DNA of 62,918 nt, filler included, from Chiloscyllium plagiosum (Eukaryota), in NCBI RefSeq assembly GCF_004010195.1. It is 4 parts of one record of this genome, joined end to end, with 100 filler letters (N's around TTAATTAATTAA, not from the genome) between each part and the next. Parts side by side here need not be neighbours in the genome. Positions count along the whole stretch, not along the records: positions 1 to 28,352 come from NC_057711.1; positions 28,453 to 46,409 come from NC_057711.1; 2 more parts are not named here. The stretch is one strand, 5' to 3'. The position numbers and the translations under genes are program-made. Shown one piece after another: positions 24,752 to 37,989 of this stretch (position 1 is the stretch's first letter; each line of letters opens with the position of its first letter). The notes under the pieces are model-generated. The model was not told the DNA's origin. It ran no database searches and saw only the letters and a program-made list of their open reading frames with translations.

Positions 24752-27030
24752 TAGAACATAGAGTATAGAATTTAACACAGTATAGGCCCTTCAGCGCTTG
24801 ATGTTCTGCTGAACTTTCATCCTACTCTATGATCAAACTAACATACATACCCTTCATTTTACAATCCATGTGTCTAACCAAGAGTCGCTTAAATGTCCCT
24901 AATGTATCTGACTACCACTGCTGCCAGTCCATTCCACACACCCACCACATTCTGTGTAAAGAACCTACCTCTGACATCTCCCTCTAATCTTCCTCCAATC
25001 ATTAAAATGATACCCCTTCGTGAAAGCCATTTCTGCCCTGGGAAAAACTCTCTGGCTATCCACTCTCTCCATATCTCTCATCATCTTATACACTTCTATT
25101 AAGTAATTTCTCATGATTCTTTGCTCCAATGAGAAAAGCCCCAGCTCTCTCAACCTTTCTTCATAAGACATGCCCTCCAATCTAGGCAGCATCCTGGCAA
25201 ATCTCCTCTGCACCCTCTCTAAAACTTCTATGTCCTCCCTATGATGAGGTGACGCGAACTGAACACAATATTCCAAGTGTGGTCTAACCATGGCTTAAAA
25301 GAGCTGCAGCAAAACCTCACGGCTCTTAAACTCAATCCCCCTGCTAATGAAAGTCAACACACTATACGCCTTCTTAACAACCCTTTCAAGTTGGGTGGAA
25401 ACTTTGAGGGATCTATGGATGTAGACCCCAAGATCCCTGTGTTCCTCCACATTGCCAAGAATCCTGCCTTTAACCCTGTAATCTGCATTCAAATTCGACC
25501 TTCCAAAGTGAATCACTTCACACTTTTCTAGGTTGAACTCCATCTGCCACTTCTCAGCCCAGCTCTGCATTGTGACAATATCCGGTTGCAACTTACAACA
25601 GCCCTCCACACTATCCACAACTCCAACAACCCTTGTGTCATCAGCAAACTTACTAAACCACCCTTCCACTTCCTCATCAAAGTCATTTATAAAAAACCAT
25701 AAAGAGCAGAGCTCCCAGAACAGATCCCTGTGGAACACCATTGGTCACGGAGCTCTATTCTGAATACTTTCCATTTACTATCACCCTCTGCCTTCTATGG
25801 GCCAGCCAATTCTGCAACCAACCAACCAAATTTTCTTGTATCTCATGCCTCCTTACTGTCTGAATGAGCCTGCCATGGGGAACCTTATCAAACGCCTCGC
25901 TAAAATCTATATTCACCACATTCACTGCTCCACCTTTATCAATGTGTTTCATCACATCCTCAAAGAATTCAATAAGGTTTGTGAGGCATGACCTGCCCCA
26001 CACAAAGCCATGCTACTGTCTCTAATCAAACAATGCATTTCCAAATGATCATAAACACTCAGAAACCTCTCCAATAATTTGCCCACGATTGACATAAGAC
26101 TGACTGATCTGTAATTCCCAGGGTTATCCATATTCCCTTTCTTGAACAAGGGAATAACATTTGCCACCCTCCAAACCATCTGGCACTACTCCAGTGGACA
26201 GTCCAGTTGCAAAGATCATAGCCAAAGGTGCAGCAATCTCTTCCCTTGTTTTCTATAGTAACCTTGGGCATATCCCGGCTGGTCCAGGGGACTTATCTAT
26301 CCTCATGTTTTTCAAAATTTCCAGCACATCCGCCTTCTTAACATCAACCTGTTCGAGCATATCAGCTTGTTTCACACTGTCCTCAAAAATGATAAGGTTC
26401 CTCTCACTGATGAATACTGAAGCAAAGTGTTCATTAAGGACCTTCCCTACCTCCTCTGACTCCAGGCATAAATTCCCTCCATTATCCCTGATCGGCCCTA
26501 CCCTCACTCTGGCCATCCTCCTGTTCCTCATGTAAATGTAGAATGCCTTAGGGTTTTCCTTAATCCTACCTGCTAAAGCTTTTTCATGCCCCCTTCTAGC
26601 TCTCCTAAATCCATTCTTCAGTTCCTTCCTGGCTACATTGTAACCCTCTAGAGTCCTGTCAGATCCTTGCCTCTTCAACCTTAAGTAAGCTTCCTTCATC
26701 CTCTTGACTAGATGTTCCACATCTCTTGTCACCCGAGGTTCCTTCACCCTATCATCCCTTCCTTGTCTCAATGGAACAAATATATCTGACTTGCATTTCC
26801 CTGAGAATATCTGTTCCCAATTTATGCTGCACCATTCCTGCCGAGTAGCATTGTAATTCCTCCTCCCCCAATTAAATACTTTCCCATACCAACTGCTCCT
26901 ATCACTCTCCATGACTATAGTAAATGTCAGGGAGTTGTGATCACCATCACCATAATGCTCTCCCATAGGGAGATCTGACAGCTGACCTGGTTCATTGCCA
27001 AGCATCAAACCCAATATGGCCTCCCCGCTA
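24752..27030 (-). mobile_element. CR1/HER1 LINE ORF2 (~2.3 kb, frameshifted)
   Basis: Successive minus ORFs: DKSPGP; NVIPLFKKG...PGNYRSVSL; GRSCLTNLIEFFE; SKFADDT; VRPHLEYCVQF. Confidence 0.9.
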
Positions 27031-27257
27031 ATCAGTCAAAGAAAGCACCATCCACATCAATCCAAGATCCTTTTGTCGGTAGCAAGGGAGAACCACTGTT
27101 TCTGCCCAGTACTCTTCAGTCTTCAGTCTGGAAAGGAGAACATAGATACAGAATTCAGGAAAAGGGACTGTGAGGAACTTGCACAGCTGAAGTAGGAAAT
27201 GGCAGCTATTGGAGGCTCTGCCAGGCTTAAAAAAGGAAAGATCCCCTGGCCTAGATG

Positions 27258-28352
27258 AATATACTTTATTCATAAATACTTTGATGATCTATACAACTGG
27301 ACATGCCAAACATATGTAAACATTCCATTTGTTTGCATACTGAAACAGAGTAATCATTCCTATTTACAGGTCGGTACGATTAGCTGAGGCGTCAGCAGAG
27401 CCCAAATGACTGCGTGGGCCCCCTGTTCTTCTTTAGGCAGGCAGACGTTACACGGTGGTCTTTCCCAAGCTTCAGCGCATCCCTCAACACGTGGTCCTGG
27501 ACCTTGGAATGTGCCAGTCTGCAGCACTCAGTCGGGGTCAACTCCTTCAGCTGGAAGATCAACAGGTTTCAGACCACCCAGAGAGCGTCCTTCACCGAGT
27601 TGATGATCCTTCAGGCACAGTTGATGTTCGTCTTGGTGTGCGTCCCAGGGAACAGGCAGTAGAGCACGGAGTCCCGCGTCACGGTGCTGCTCGGGACGAA
27701 CCTCGACATTCTGCATTCCTCTCCAGACTTCTTCTGCGTAGGCACATTTCAGAAGGAGGTGTGTGACAGTTTCGACCCCTCCCCACAGCCGCTTCGAGGG
27801 CAGCGTGTGGTGCGGCTGAGAGTCCGGGTGTGCATAAAGGATCACACAGGCAGGGCCATTCTCACCACCAGCCAAGCCATGTCTTGGTGCTTGTTGGAAA
27901 GTTCTGGCGATGAGGCATTCTGCCAAATGGCTTTGATAGTTTGCACAGGGAACCGCTCGATAGGATCCACCCTCTCCTTTTCCCGAAGGGTCTCAAGGAC
28001 AGTACGTGCTGACCGCTTCCTCATGGACTTGTGGTCAAAGGTGTTTTTCTTCATAAACTTCTCCACGAAGGACAGGTGATACGGAACGGTCCAACTACTT
28101 GGAGCGTTCCGTGGCAGCGAGGCCAGGCCCATCCTTCGCAACACCGGGGACAGGTAGAACCTCAGTACGTAGTGACACTTGGTGTTTGCGTACCGGGGAT
28201 CCACGCACAGCTTGATGCAGCCACACACAAAGGTAGCCATCAGGGTGAGGGTGGCATTGGGTGTATTTTTACCCCCGTTGCCCAGATCTTTATACAGTGA
28301 GTCCCTTCGGACCCGGTCCATCTTTGACCTCCATATAAATTGGAAGATGGCC
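27258..28352 (-). mobile_element. Tx1/L1-clade LINE ORF2 3' end (zf-RVT / CCHC) with polyA signal
   Basis: RVRRDSLYKDLGNGG...W...LPV and ETVTHLLLKC...W motifs; 3' end tatgaataaagtatatt on the minus strand; truncated by the N spacer. Confidence 0.85.
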
Positions 28353-28452
28353 NNNNNNNNNNNNNNNNNNNNNNNNNNNNNNNNNNNNNNNNNNNNTTAA
28401 TTAATTAANNNNNNNNNNNNNNNNNNNNNNNNNNNNNNNNNNNNNNNNNNNN
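28353..28452. other. Assembly spacer / contig join
   Basis: 100 nt of N with central TTAATTAATTAA (stop codons in all six frames). Confidence 0.97.
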
Positions 28453-28984
28453 CAGCTGTACAGGACTTTGGTTAGGCCACATTTGGAGTACTGTGTGCAG
28501 TTCTGGTCGCCTCACTTTAGGAAAGATGTGAAAGCTTTGGAGAGGGTGCAGAGGAGATTTACCAGGATGTTGCCTGGAATGGAGAATAGGTCGTACGAGG
28601 ATAGGTTGAGAGTGCTAGGCCTTTTCTCATTTGAACGGCAAAGGATGAGGGATGACTTGATAGAGGTTTATAAGATGATCAGGGGAATAGATAGAGTAAG
28701 ACAGTCAGAGACTTCTTCCCCAGGTACAACAGAGTGTTACAAGGGGACATGAATTTAAGGTGAAGGGTGGAAGGTATAGGGGGGATGTCAGGGGTAGGTT
28801 CTTTACCCAGAGAGTGGTGGGGGCATGGAATGCGCTGCCTGTGGGAGTGGCAGAGTCAGAATCATTGGTGACCTTTAAGCGGCAATTGGATAGGTACATG
28901 GATAGGTGCTTAAGCTAGGACAAATGTTCAGCACAACATCGTGGGCCGAAGGGCCTGTTCTGTGCTGTATTGTTCTATGTTCTA
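28453..28984 (+). mobile_element. Young CR1/HER1 3' end
   Basis: ORF 28468..28752 is nearly identical to the C-terminus of 5239..6138; ttctatgttcta tail. Confidence 0.9.
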
Positions 28985-29334
28985 AAAAAACAAAAGAGGT
29001 CCTTCATTCCATCAAGTCCGCACTGACCTATCTGCACTAATCCCAATTTCATGCAATTAGCTCATTGCCTTAAATGTTATGACATTTCCAGTGTTCATCA
29101 TGCATTTATTAAAGGTTGAGAGGTTGCCCATCTCTACTACCCTCCCAGGCAGTGCATTCCAGATTCCCACTACCATCTAGGTAAAAAAAATGTCCCTCAA
29201 ATCCCCTGAAAACCTCCTTCCTTTTATAAAATTATGCCTCAGAATTATTGACTCTTTCTATCCATCCTGTCCATACCCTCATAACCTTAATCATTTCAAT
29301 CAGGTCCCCTGTTAGCTTCTTTGCTCTAAAGAAC

Positions 29335-29835
29335 AGAACCTCAGCCTCCAACGCTCCAGGGAAAACAGCTCCAGCCTATTCATTCTCTCTTTATACCTCA
29401 AACCCTCCAACCCTAGTAACATCCTTGTAAATCATTTCTGAACCCTTTCAAGTTTCACAACATCCTTCCTATAGGAGCGAGACCAGAATTTTTGAACGCA
29501 GTATTCCAAAAGTGGCCGAACCAATGTCCTGCACAGCCGCAACACGACCTCGCAACGTGCTCTGACCAATAAAGGAAAGCATACCAAATGCCTTCTTCAC
29601 GATCCTATCTACCGACGACTCTACTGTCAAGTAACTATAAACCTACACTTCAAGGTCTCCTTGTTAGCAACATTCCTTTAGGACCTTAACATTAAGTGTA
29701 CAAGTCCTGTCCTAATTTGCTTTTTCAAATGCAGTACTTCACATTTATCTAAATTAAACGCCATCTGTCAATCTGTGGCCCTTTAGACCATCCAATTAAG
29801 TTCCCGTTGTACTCTGAGGTAACCTTCCTCACTAT
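29335..29835 (-). mobile_element. CR1 LINE fragment
   Basis: ctccagggaaaacagctccagcctattc...gaaagcataccaaatgccttc, typical CR1 ORF2 C-terminal region (reverse). Confidence 0.7.
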
Positions 29836-29939
29836 CCAAGCAAAGTTATAAGAATCAATGAATTACAAATTGTGCCTGGAAGTTTCACTGTAGTAAATCA
29901 AATTCTCTCACAATAGATAAAGAAAAACTTCAGCTTTAC

Positions 29940-30002
29940 CTTCTCTGTGACCTTTGGTCTTGCGCCTGGCCCAGTGGACGAAGGAACCCCTTTAGCTTTA
30001 TC
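29940..30002 (-). CDS. CAST: Calpastatin-like B-C linker exon (second copy): DKAKGVPSSTGPGARPKVTEK
   Basis: 63 bp, phase 0/0, acceptor ttattgtaacag, donor AAG/gtaaag. Confidence 0.8.
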
Positions 30003-30208
30003 CTGTTACAATAAACAAATTTTATTTCATTTTATTAATGGAAGCGGAATTAAATAGAATGGAAGCCAGCTGGTAAAGCAGCAACATAACTACAACTAAA
30101 ATGTCATTCTATGAATACTATTTTAGAATGCTTCATATTTTCTAAACAGATTTTCTTTGAAAACAGAAAAACTACAGGCTTCTCTCAAATTGATTATCTG
30201 AACCAAAC

Positions 30209-30304
30209 CTTAGAGTCTGGCTGATCTTTGAGTCTGTAATCAGGGGGTATAGATTCTTCCGTTTCTCCCACTCGTTCAGCCTTCTTCTTGTCAGCATTGG
30301 ATTC
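30209..30304 (-). CDS. CAST: Calpastatin-like exon, subdomain B (second copy): ESNADKKKAERVGETEESIPPDYRLKDQPDSK
   Basis: 96 bp, phase 0/0, acceptor gattttcag, donor AAG/gtttgg. 26/32 aa identical to 40975-41070. Confidence 0.92.
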
Positions 30305-32436
30305 CTGAAAATCATAAAATGCTCTTATTCATTTCTTATGTGCTTCAATAAGAGGAACCTGCAGCTCAGCAGGTCAGTGACCATTTAGAAAATTGGAACC
30401 ATGCAACCATAGAAAGGTTATAGCCTAAAAAGAGGCTATTCATCCCATTGTAGCAGTGCTGGCTGAATAAGCCAGCCACCCAATCTAACCCCACCTACCA
30501 GCACCTCATGTGTAGCCTTGCAGATGTTTCCGGCACAAAGCCAGGCTCCTTCTAAACGGGTTAAGTGTTTCTGCATCATTCACAAACAGGGGAGCAAATT
30601 CCAGTTTGCTACAACCTTTGAGTGAAAATGTTTCCCCATGTCTCCTCTAGGTTTTTTACCAAGCATCTTAAATCTGTGCAACCCTGTAACTGACCTCTTT
30701 GCCTGGGGAAACAGATATTCTCTGTCCACTTCAAGTCCCTTATTTTTTATATACTTTGATAAAGTAAGATTCTCAGCTTTCTCTTTTCTAAGGAAACCAA
30801 CCTATCCAGTCTTTCTTTATACCTGCAATTTTCAAGCCCTGGCAATATTCTTGAAAATTACTCAAGGCTCTGAAAAATGTCTGCAAAAAATCTAAAGTAA
30901 TTGTTATAGAGAGCTCTTGTATTGACTCCCTAAGCCTCTCAGACTATGTCTTGCTCCACCTTTAAGAAGCTTTCTGGAAATAAACTCCTTAATTCCGTAT
31001 TTTGGTCAATTGCCTAATTTCTCCCTCAATGTTTCCAAAACAAATTATGTGAAATATCTAGAGATTACTACATTAAGTCTGCATTATGATCTCCATAGAG
31101 ACCAATAATGTGTTTATTATCTTAGAATTTTAAAAGAAGGCATATTCTAAAGAACAAAGCCACAAGATTCATAGAAGAATCAAGGAACATTAAAACTAAT
31201 AACTATGCTCTATATTAAATAGTCTATTTATATTGAAAGTATAATTACGTATTTTCGAAACCAAACTTCTTAATTCAAAATTTCCTTCTCTGCCTATTTG
31301 AGTTACATAACCCCAAACTCAAAATTGGAAAACAGACCACTTTGTCTTTGCACTTCCTTGTACTTCATCAAGCACAATTTGAGTTTTCTTGGGCTTTCTG
31401 CTTATTTTGAAATCTTCTCTAACCATCCATGGGTGTAACCTCACCATCTTAACTGTAGCCACCTTGGATCAGAACTCTCCTGGTTCTTGAACTCCACAGA
31501 CTTTTCTCTAGAACTCTCTTTTCTCAGCTCGTCTATCCATAGAAGTTCAACACATCGTTAAAAGCCCTTCAGTCAACAAGAGTTTTAAACTCTTTTATCC
31601 AGAACATATAATTTCAAATAAACTGTTCAAAAGCGATGTATTACCATCTGCAGTCTAACTGTTCTAAACTAAACTAAACACTAAAACTTCACTTGAGACT
31701 AGACCACTCACAATTAACTCACCCCTATTTGGCAACTCCTTTTCAATTGTTTATCTCCTAGGCAATTTGGTCATATGATCAGTTAATGAAAACCCAATGC
31801 TTTTCTTAAAAGCAGAAATCTTCTTTTAGAAACTCAGCTCTTGCTTCCAACCCAAGTACTCCACCCCACCCCACCTCCTCACAGCTTGACGGAAATGGGA
31901 GAGGACAGTGCTACCAATTTAAGTTGGACAAATCAATATTTGTTTCTTAAACAAAAGGATGAACATTAGATGCAATAACAGGAATTGTATTCAAAGACTA
32001 TAAGTATTAGGGGTTATCATTGATTTATATTCTCACCACTCTGAGTAAGTATATTTTGGTGCTTTTAATGCAAGTTTTCCTGGCATTAGGTCAAATGGAT
32101 CTTCAGCCTTTAAAAATAAGTCTCAAAATATCATGTAATGCACTCCCAAAGCTTTTCTAATTCTTGACCACACTCTTCTAAAACAAGCTTCCAGTTATCT
32201 GGCCTAATATTTCCTCATGATATTCTGTACTAAATTTTGTTCAATAACTTTGCGCTGAAATACCTGACTATTTCTTACTACATGAAGTGCACAATGTAAA
32301 CACAAGTTATTGTCAGCCTGGGGAAGACCAGTGCTACCAAATTGATGCACAAATGTGCGAGATTTCTGAAAGAAATGGACTGGACTTTTAAACTATTCAA
32401 AGTTTAAAAGTTAGAAGCAAAAAATTTCATTTCTAC

Positions 32437-32526
32437 CTTCACTTCAGGACCAGTGTATTTTGGAGCGGAATTGTCCGGTGCTTCTGATGGAAGTGTCCCA
32501 GCAAGCAGGTCAAATGGATCCTCATC
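32437..32526 (-). CDS. CAST: Calpastatin-like exon, subdomain A (second copy): DEDPFDLLAGTLPSEAPDNSAPKYTGPEVK
   Basis: 90 bp, phase 0/0, acceptor ttttgtttttaaag, donor AAG/gtagaa. 26/30 aa identical to 41849-41938. Confidence 0.9.
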
Positions 32527-32877
32527 CTTTAAAAACAAAATAAATTTGTGTCAAAGCTCAGCAGCAACATATTCTGACAGTGGTGAAAAATATCATGATA
32601 AACAACCCAAGAAACCCATGCTCACCCTGAACTGATAATTGCCTGACATTCTTCTCCTGGATGAATGACCTGACATTGGGAATGTGAAGCAAAATAATTC
32701 TGATTCTGCTTTCAACAAGCACTGATTGGTGAAATTGGAATTTGGTTTTGTGAATAATTTGGTACACATGGGAAAGTACTGTGCAGAATAATAACAAAGG
32801 GTTTGAACGATGTTTGGAAGCATGTTACACTAACAGGTCTGCTCTGGTATCATGTGACAAGATTATTCTTGCATATT

Positions 32878-33200
32878 TAGATTAGATTTAGATTTAGATT
32901 ACATTACAGTATGGAAACAGGCCCTTCGGCCCAACAAGTCCACACCAACCGCCGAAGCACAACCCACCCATACCCCTACATTTACCCCTTACCTAACACT
33001 ACGGGCAATTTAGCATGGCCAATTCACCTGACTTGCACATCTTTGGACTGTGGGAGGAAACCGGAGCACCCGGAGGAAACCCACGCAGACACGGGGAGAA
33101 CGTGCAAACTCCACACAGTCAGTCGCCTGAAATGGGAATTGAACCCGGGTCTCAGGCGCTGTGAGGCAGCAGTGCTAACCACTGTGCCACCGTGCCGCCC
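32878..33200 (-). mobile_element. HE1-type SINE, full length
   Basis: (TAGAT)n tail at 32878-32900; head ends ...accactgtgccaccgtgccgcc. Confidence 0.9.
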
Positions 33201-33289
33201 ACGGTGTATCTGATTTAACTGAAACGATAGACTGGAAATTCAATTATCCTGTTTTTTGCTATTGGATGTATAATCCATCATGGGATGTG

Positions 33290-34990
33290 AACACTGCTGG
33301 ATGTGGTAGCATTAATTTCACATCTCTAGTTGGTCTCAAGAAGGTGGCAGTCAGCTGCCTTCTTGAATCACTGCAGACCATTTGGTGTGGGTAAACCCAC
33401 AACACCATTAAGGAGGGAGTTAGATGATCTTGACCCAATGATACTGATTGAAGTTGATATAGATTAGATTAGATTCCCTACAGTATGGAAACAAGCCTTT
33501 CAGCCCAACAAGTCCACACCAACCTCTGAAGATTAACCCACCCAGACCTATTCCCCTACCCTACATTCACTAGTGCAACTAACACTATGGGCAATTTAGC
33601 ATGGCCAATTCACCTGACCTGCACATCTTTGGATGGTGGGAAGAAACCCATCGAGACACGGGGAGAATGTGCAAACTCCACACGGACAGTCTCCCGAGGC
33701 GGGAATTGAACCTGGGTCCCTGGAGCTGTGAGGCTGCAGCGCTAACCATTGAACAAACGTGCCGTTTCAAGTCAAGACAGTGGGCGGCTTGGAGGGTCAT
33801 GCAAGTGGTGGCATTCCTCTGTATCTGCTGTCCTTGTCCATCTCTATGGTCGAAGGTGCCTTGGTGAGTTTCTACAATGCATTGTGTAGATAGTGTACAC
33901 TGTTGTTACTGTGTGTCAGTGGTGGAGGGAGTGAATGTTTGTAGATGTGGCAACAATCAACAATCAAATGGGCTGCTTTATCCTGGAATGAGTCAAGTTT
34001 CTTGAGTGTTGCTGGAGCTGCAGTCATTCAGGAAAATGAGCTGTATTCTATCACTTTCTTGAAGTGTGCCTTGTAAATGTTTGTCAGACTTTGGGGAGTC
34101 AGGAACTGAGTTACTCATTGAAGGATTCCTAGCCTCTGACCTGTTATTGTAGTGTTTATATGGCTAGTCAGTTCAGTTTCTGGTTAATGGCATTCCCGAA
34201 GATGTCTATTAGTGGAGGATTCAATAATGGTGATGTCGATGAATGGCAAGGGATGAAGGTTAGATTCTTTTTGTTGGAAATAGTCTATATCTTACATTAG
34301 TGTGACAGGAATGTTACTTGTCACTTCTCAACTCCAACCTGGATACTGCAGAGCTTTCAGCTGATCTGTTCATTGTGGGATCACTTTGTCTATCACTTCC
34401 TGCTGTCGCTGATTAGTGTGCATATAGTCCTTTGTTAACATTTCAATTCTAGGTATGCCAGCTGCTGCTCTTGGCATTCACTTATCCACTCCTGAATCAG
34501 GGTTGATCCCTATAATGGTAATGGTGCAGTGAACAATGCACAGGGCCATTTATGTTACAGGCAGTGGTTAAAGACAATTCAGCTGCTGCTGGTAACCCAC
34601 AGCACCTCATGGATGTCCTGTTTTGAGTGGCTAGTTCTGTTCTAGATCTATCCCATTTAGCAATATGACAGGACCACAAAACATAATACAGCGTGTTCTC
34701 TGTAAAGATGGGTCTTAGTCTCCATAATTATAGAGTATTGATCATTCTTTTCGCTATTGTCACGAACATATGCATCTTCTTTAGATAAATTATTGATGAA
34801 ATGGCCAGACAGACATTTCCTGAGTGTTGGCTGGCTCACTACCAGCTGCTAACCTAACAGGTATCTTTCTGGATTAAGCCTGCTCAGACAGTAGTGGTGT
34901 TACTGAGCTAATCTGAATAAGGGCATGGAGGTACCTCACTCAGAGCACCTTGCCACCCTCAATACTTCATCCAATTGGTAGTGCACATGA
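33290..34990 (-). mobile_element. Old CR1/L2-group LINE remnant, interrupted by an HE1 SINE at ~33460-33750(-)
   Basis: Similar to 44265-45010 (gagaaggtgg...cttcttgaa.cactgcag; gtatctgctg.ccttgtcc). Confidence 0.6.
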
Positions 34991-35459
34991 GGACAGTACT
35001 AATGATCATCAGAAGGTTTCCTTGATAGTATGTGCCTCTGTTGTTTTCAATACCCAGGTTGATGTTAGGTGGTCTGACCAGTTTTACTCTTATTTAACCT
35101 TTTTGTAGCAATTAGGTACAAATAAATAGCTTTGCAGACAGCAGCAAAAAGTCGACTACATTGCTGTGGAACTGGAGTCACATGTAGACCAAACTGCATA
35201 AAGATAGTAAACCTCCTTCCATGAAGGAAGAATTTGTGAACTGGAGGCATTTTTACAACAATCCAGTTGTTTCATGATCATCATTACAGAGACCAGCTTT
35301 TAATTCCAGATTAATTATTAATTGAATTTAACTTCCCAGTTGTCATAGTAGGATATGAACTGACACCTTTGGAACATTGGTCTGAACTCTGGGCTCAGTA
35401 AAATTACTGCTATACTACCATTGACAGTGGAAGACCCAAAGATGGTGGACAGTACAAAC

Positions 35460-36030
35460 AGCCAAAGGACAAATGCATTATGACTGTTCTCAGGGCAACT
35501 CACATGGAAGAGGGGCACGAATTCCATCATGCAATTACACACCAATTGCACAATGACTGAGTGGTAAGTCTTTGCAGTTGTGGAATCATTCACTGTTAAT
35601 AGGCAGGGTCTGCAGAGCTACATGTGTCCAACGAATGGCTCCTACGTCATCAGGAAGCCCACTCATCTGCACAGCCATATACCCTATCACCTTGGAGATG
35701 TTTCTCTCTCGTGAAGAGAATGAAGTCCTCTCCTCCACTTCAACCTATTGGTGACCTCCAGACACATTTATGGCTATCAAATACAAAATGTTACTCATGC
35801 AACCAACTCCTGGCTGCAAGGAACAGGTTGCGAAGAAGAAAATGGTGAGATGGTGATCTTCCCAGCCCATGGGGTGCTGTCCTCATACTTTGTTTAGCCT
35901 CCAGGTCTTTACAAAAGAGATATTCCAACGGAGTCACGAACATCTATTGTGAAATATAGCCAACTGCGACACTGCTCTTGGTTCATCCCAACAAAAGTCT
36001 AGTGTTCCCAGAAGACCCTCATAGAGAAGG
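35460..36030 (-). mobile_element. PIF/Harbinger transposase relic
   Basis: Frameshifted minus peptides RVFWEH*TFVGMNQEQCRSWLYFT, VGAIRWTHVALQ, FHNCK.YHSVIVQLVCN, CPENSHNAFVL match Harbinger DDE motifs (GAIDxTHV, NRKGYHSxNVQLVCD, PGSxHDA). Confidence 0.8.
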
Positions 36031-36754
36031 GTATTTCAAACAAAGACCCCTTACCCCTCCCTCCTCACACTGGTTCCTCTCCGTACCTCTTCCTCCGCGA
36101 GTCCTGTTCATGTTGCACAGCATGTGACTCTGCATTAATGCCTGCACACTTACAGAAGGCTATGTCATTTTCTCGGCCTGTCATCAGCAGAAATAGTCAT
36201 GGGTTTTCCACCAAGGTGGCATCTCAACGTAATTTCTTGAGAGGTTCTCTGAATAGCCCTGGAAATGGGCTTATCTCTGCTTGCTAACATTTATTTTAGG
36301 AGTGATTAAAGAGGTTGATCTCAGAACAATTACTGGTCAATTTTACTATTTGTGTATGGCAACAGCCCACTGATGTCTGAGACCTTATGATCTGCCCATA
36401 CACACAGGAAGTGTGCCAGCATGTGCCAATCCAGATGTCTCACAACACGTGCCCTGCACATAGCAGCCAACAGTAATTCCTGTACTGCAGGAATGGTGAG
36501 TACCTATTGAGCACCACTAGAAGTTAGGAGATTGAATTTTAAGCACAATATTGCTAAATTGAAGGAGGAACTTTGGGACCATTAGAACTTTAAATGGTGT
36601 AATCGAGTAAGAACTACTCTGTGATGATAGTGGAAAGGTCCTTGATGAATGAGATGAGAATGGATCTGTTTGTGCGATTCCTCTGCTGCTGTTTGCTGCC
36701 AGCAATTTCACACTTTACATCCCCCCCCCACCCCCCCCCACCCCCACCACTTAC

Positions 36755-36811
36755 CTTTGCATCACTTTTACCCGCAGAAACTGTGGCAGCTGTAGAAGCT
36801 TTCAGAGGTGC
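36755..36811 (-). CDS. CAST: Calpastatin-like linker exon copy b: APLKASTAATVSAGKSDAK
   Basis: 57 bp, phase 0/0, acceptor tttttaataaag, donor AAG/gtaagt. Peptide is visible inside ORF 36614..36868(-). Confidence 0.75.
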
Positions 36812-37715
36812 CTTTATTAAAAAAAGAAAGAATATCACAATTGCTGTTTCAGTTTCACTTGCAAGCATTAAGCAACTTCGGGTTTATCCCAACCATTTCT
36901 TTACTTAGACCTGAAATGTGATATGCAAAGTCATATGAGACATTCTGGGGACGATGACAGTGATAAATGCTCTTAGTAATCAAGGCATTTGGACTAATGG
37001 TCTAGAGACTGGATAGAAGGTGTTGTAAGCAATGCTATCAAAACACTGCCTACTCACTGACTGATTCTGCCAGATTCACTTGCTTCCAGACCTTGTCAAA
37101 GTCTCAGACCAAACATGGACAAAATAAAGCAGCTCCCCTTTATATTTAATGGCATTGCTAAGAGTGAATCCCAACCAAGAGGCTCAATACATCCAAGACA
37201 TAGCAGCCACACCTTAAATATTTACTCCCTTTGCTAGACAGCAGTTAGTCTTTTAAGAGAGACATACACTGAAGTGCCATGTATCTTCACAGGAAATTTT
37301 GCTTATGCTTGTGCAGCACATTCTCAGCTGTTGGGCAGTTGTACAGTTGCAAAGCTTAGAGGGAACATGAGCCAAGGTGATATGAGTGTATACCCAGCTC
37401 TTCCTATATTGGACCTCCGCAATCCATTTGAATGAGTAGACAGGGCCTTAGTTAACTGTCAGATCTGAAAGAAACAGCAAGTTAGCACAGAAGATGTGCT
37501 CAAGACCATGGGTGGACTCAAAGTCAGACTGGAATGATCCATTTGCCATCATTATACACAATGCAGCTGACGTCTTCAAGTCCCCGATTTGATCGATATG
37601 ATGGATACAGTGGGCCAAAGGCTCTTTTTCTGTGCTGTACAAACTCTCAAAACTCTATGTTTCTGCTGTAAACAAACTTCACACAGTTCATATTTTACTA
37701 TTCTTTATCACTTAC

Positions 37716-37772
37716 CTTTACTTCATTTTTACTCGCAGAAACTGAGGCAGCTGTTGAGGCTTGCAGAGGTGT
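37716..37772 (-). CDS. CAST: Calpastatin-like linker exon copy a: TPLQASTAASVSASKNEVK
   Basis: 57 bp, phase 0/0, acceptor tttttataaag, donor AAG/gtaagt. Near-copy of 36755-36811. Confidence 0.75.
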
Positions 37773-37989
37773 CTTTATAAAAAATAAAAGAACATTGAAC
37801 TTTCACTTTCTCTTCTTGTACTATGTTGAAGTTTTCAGTATTAGTTCCAAACGTCTCTTCATATTTTCAAAGAAACATTTAATTAAATTTTAACTTTAAA
37901 TATGCAATTTGAATCTTAATCATATTGTTCAACTGAATATGGTGCATGATAGTACATGAATGATAAGAATCTTATAACTGACATATCTT

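Noticed and set aside
28397..28408. TTAATTAATTAA motif repeated three times in the window
   Set aside because: Artificial linker inside N runs; not biological.
32911..33213. Recurrent ORFs with RKPEHPEETHADTGR (also 16257..16649, 50056..50265, 47001..47243)
   Set aside because: Antisense translation of HE1 SINEs, not a protein family.
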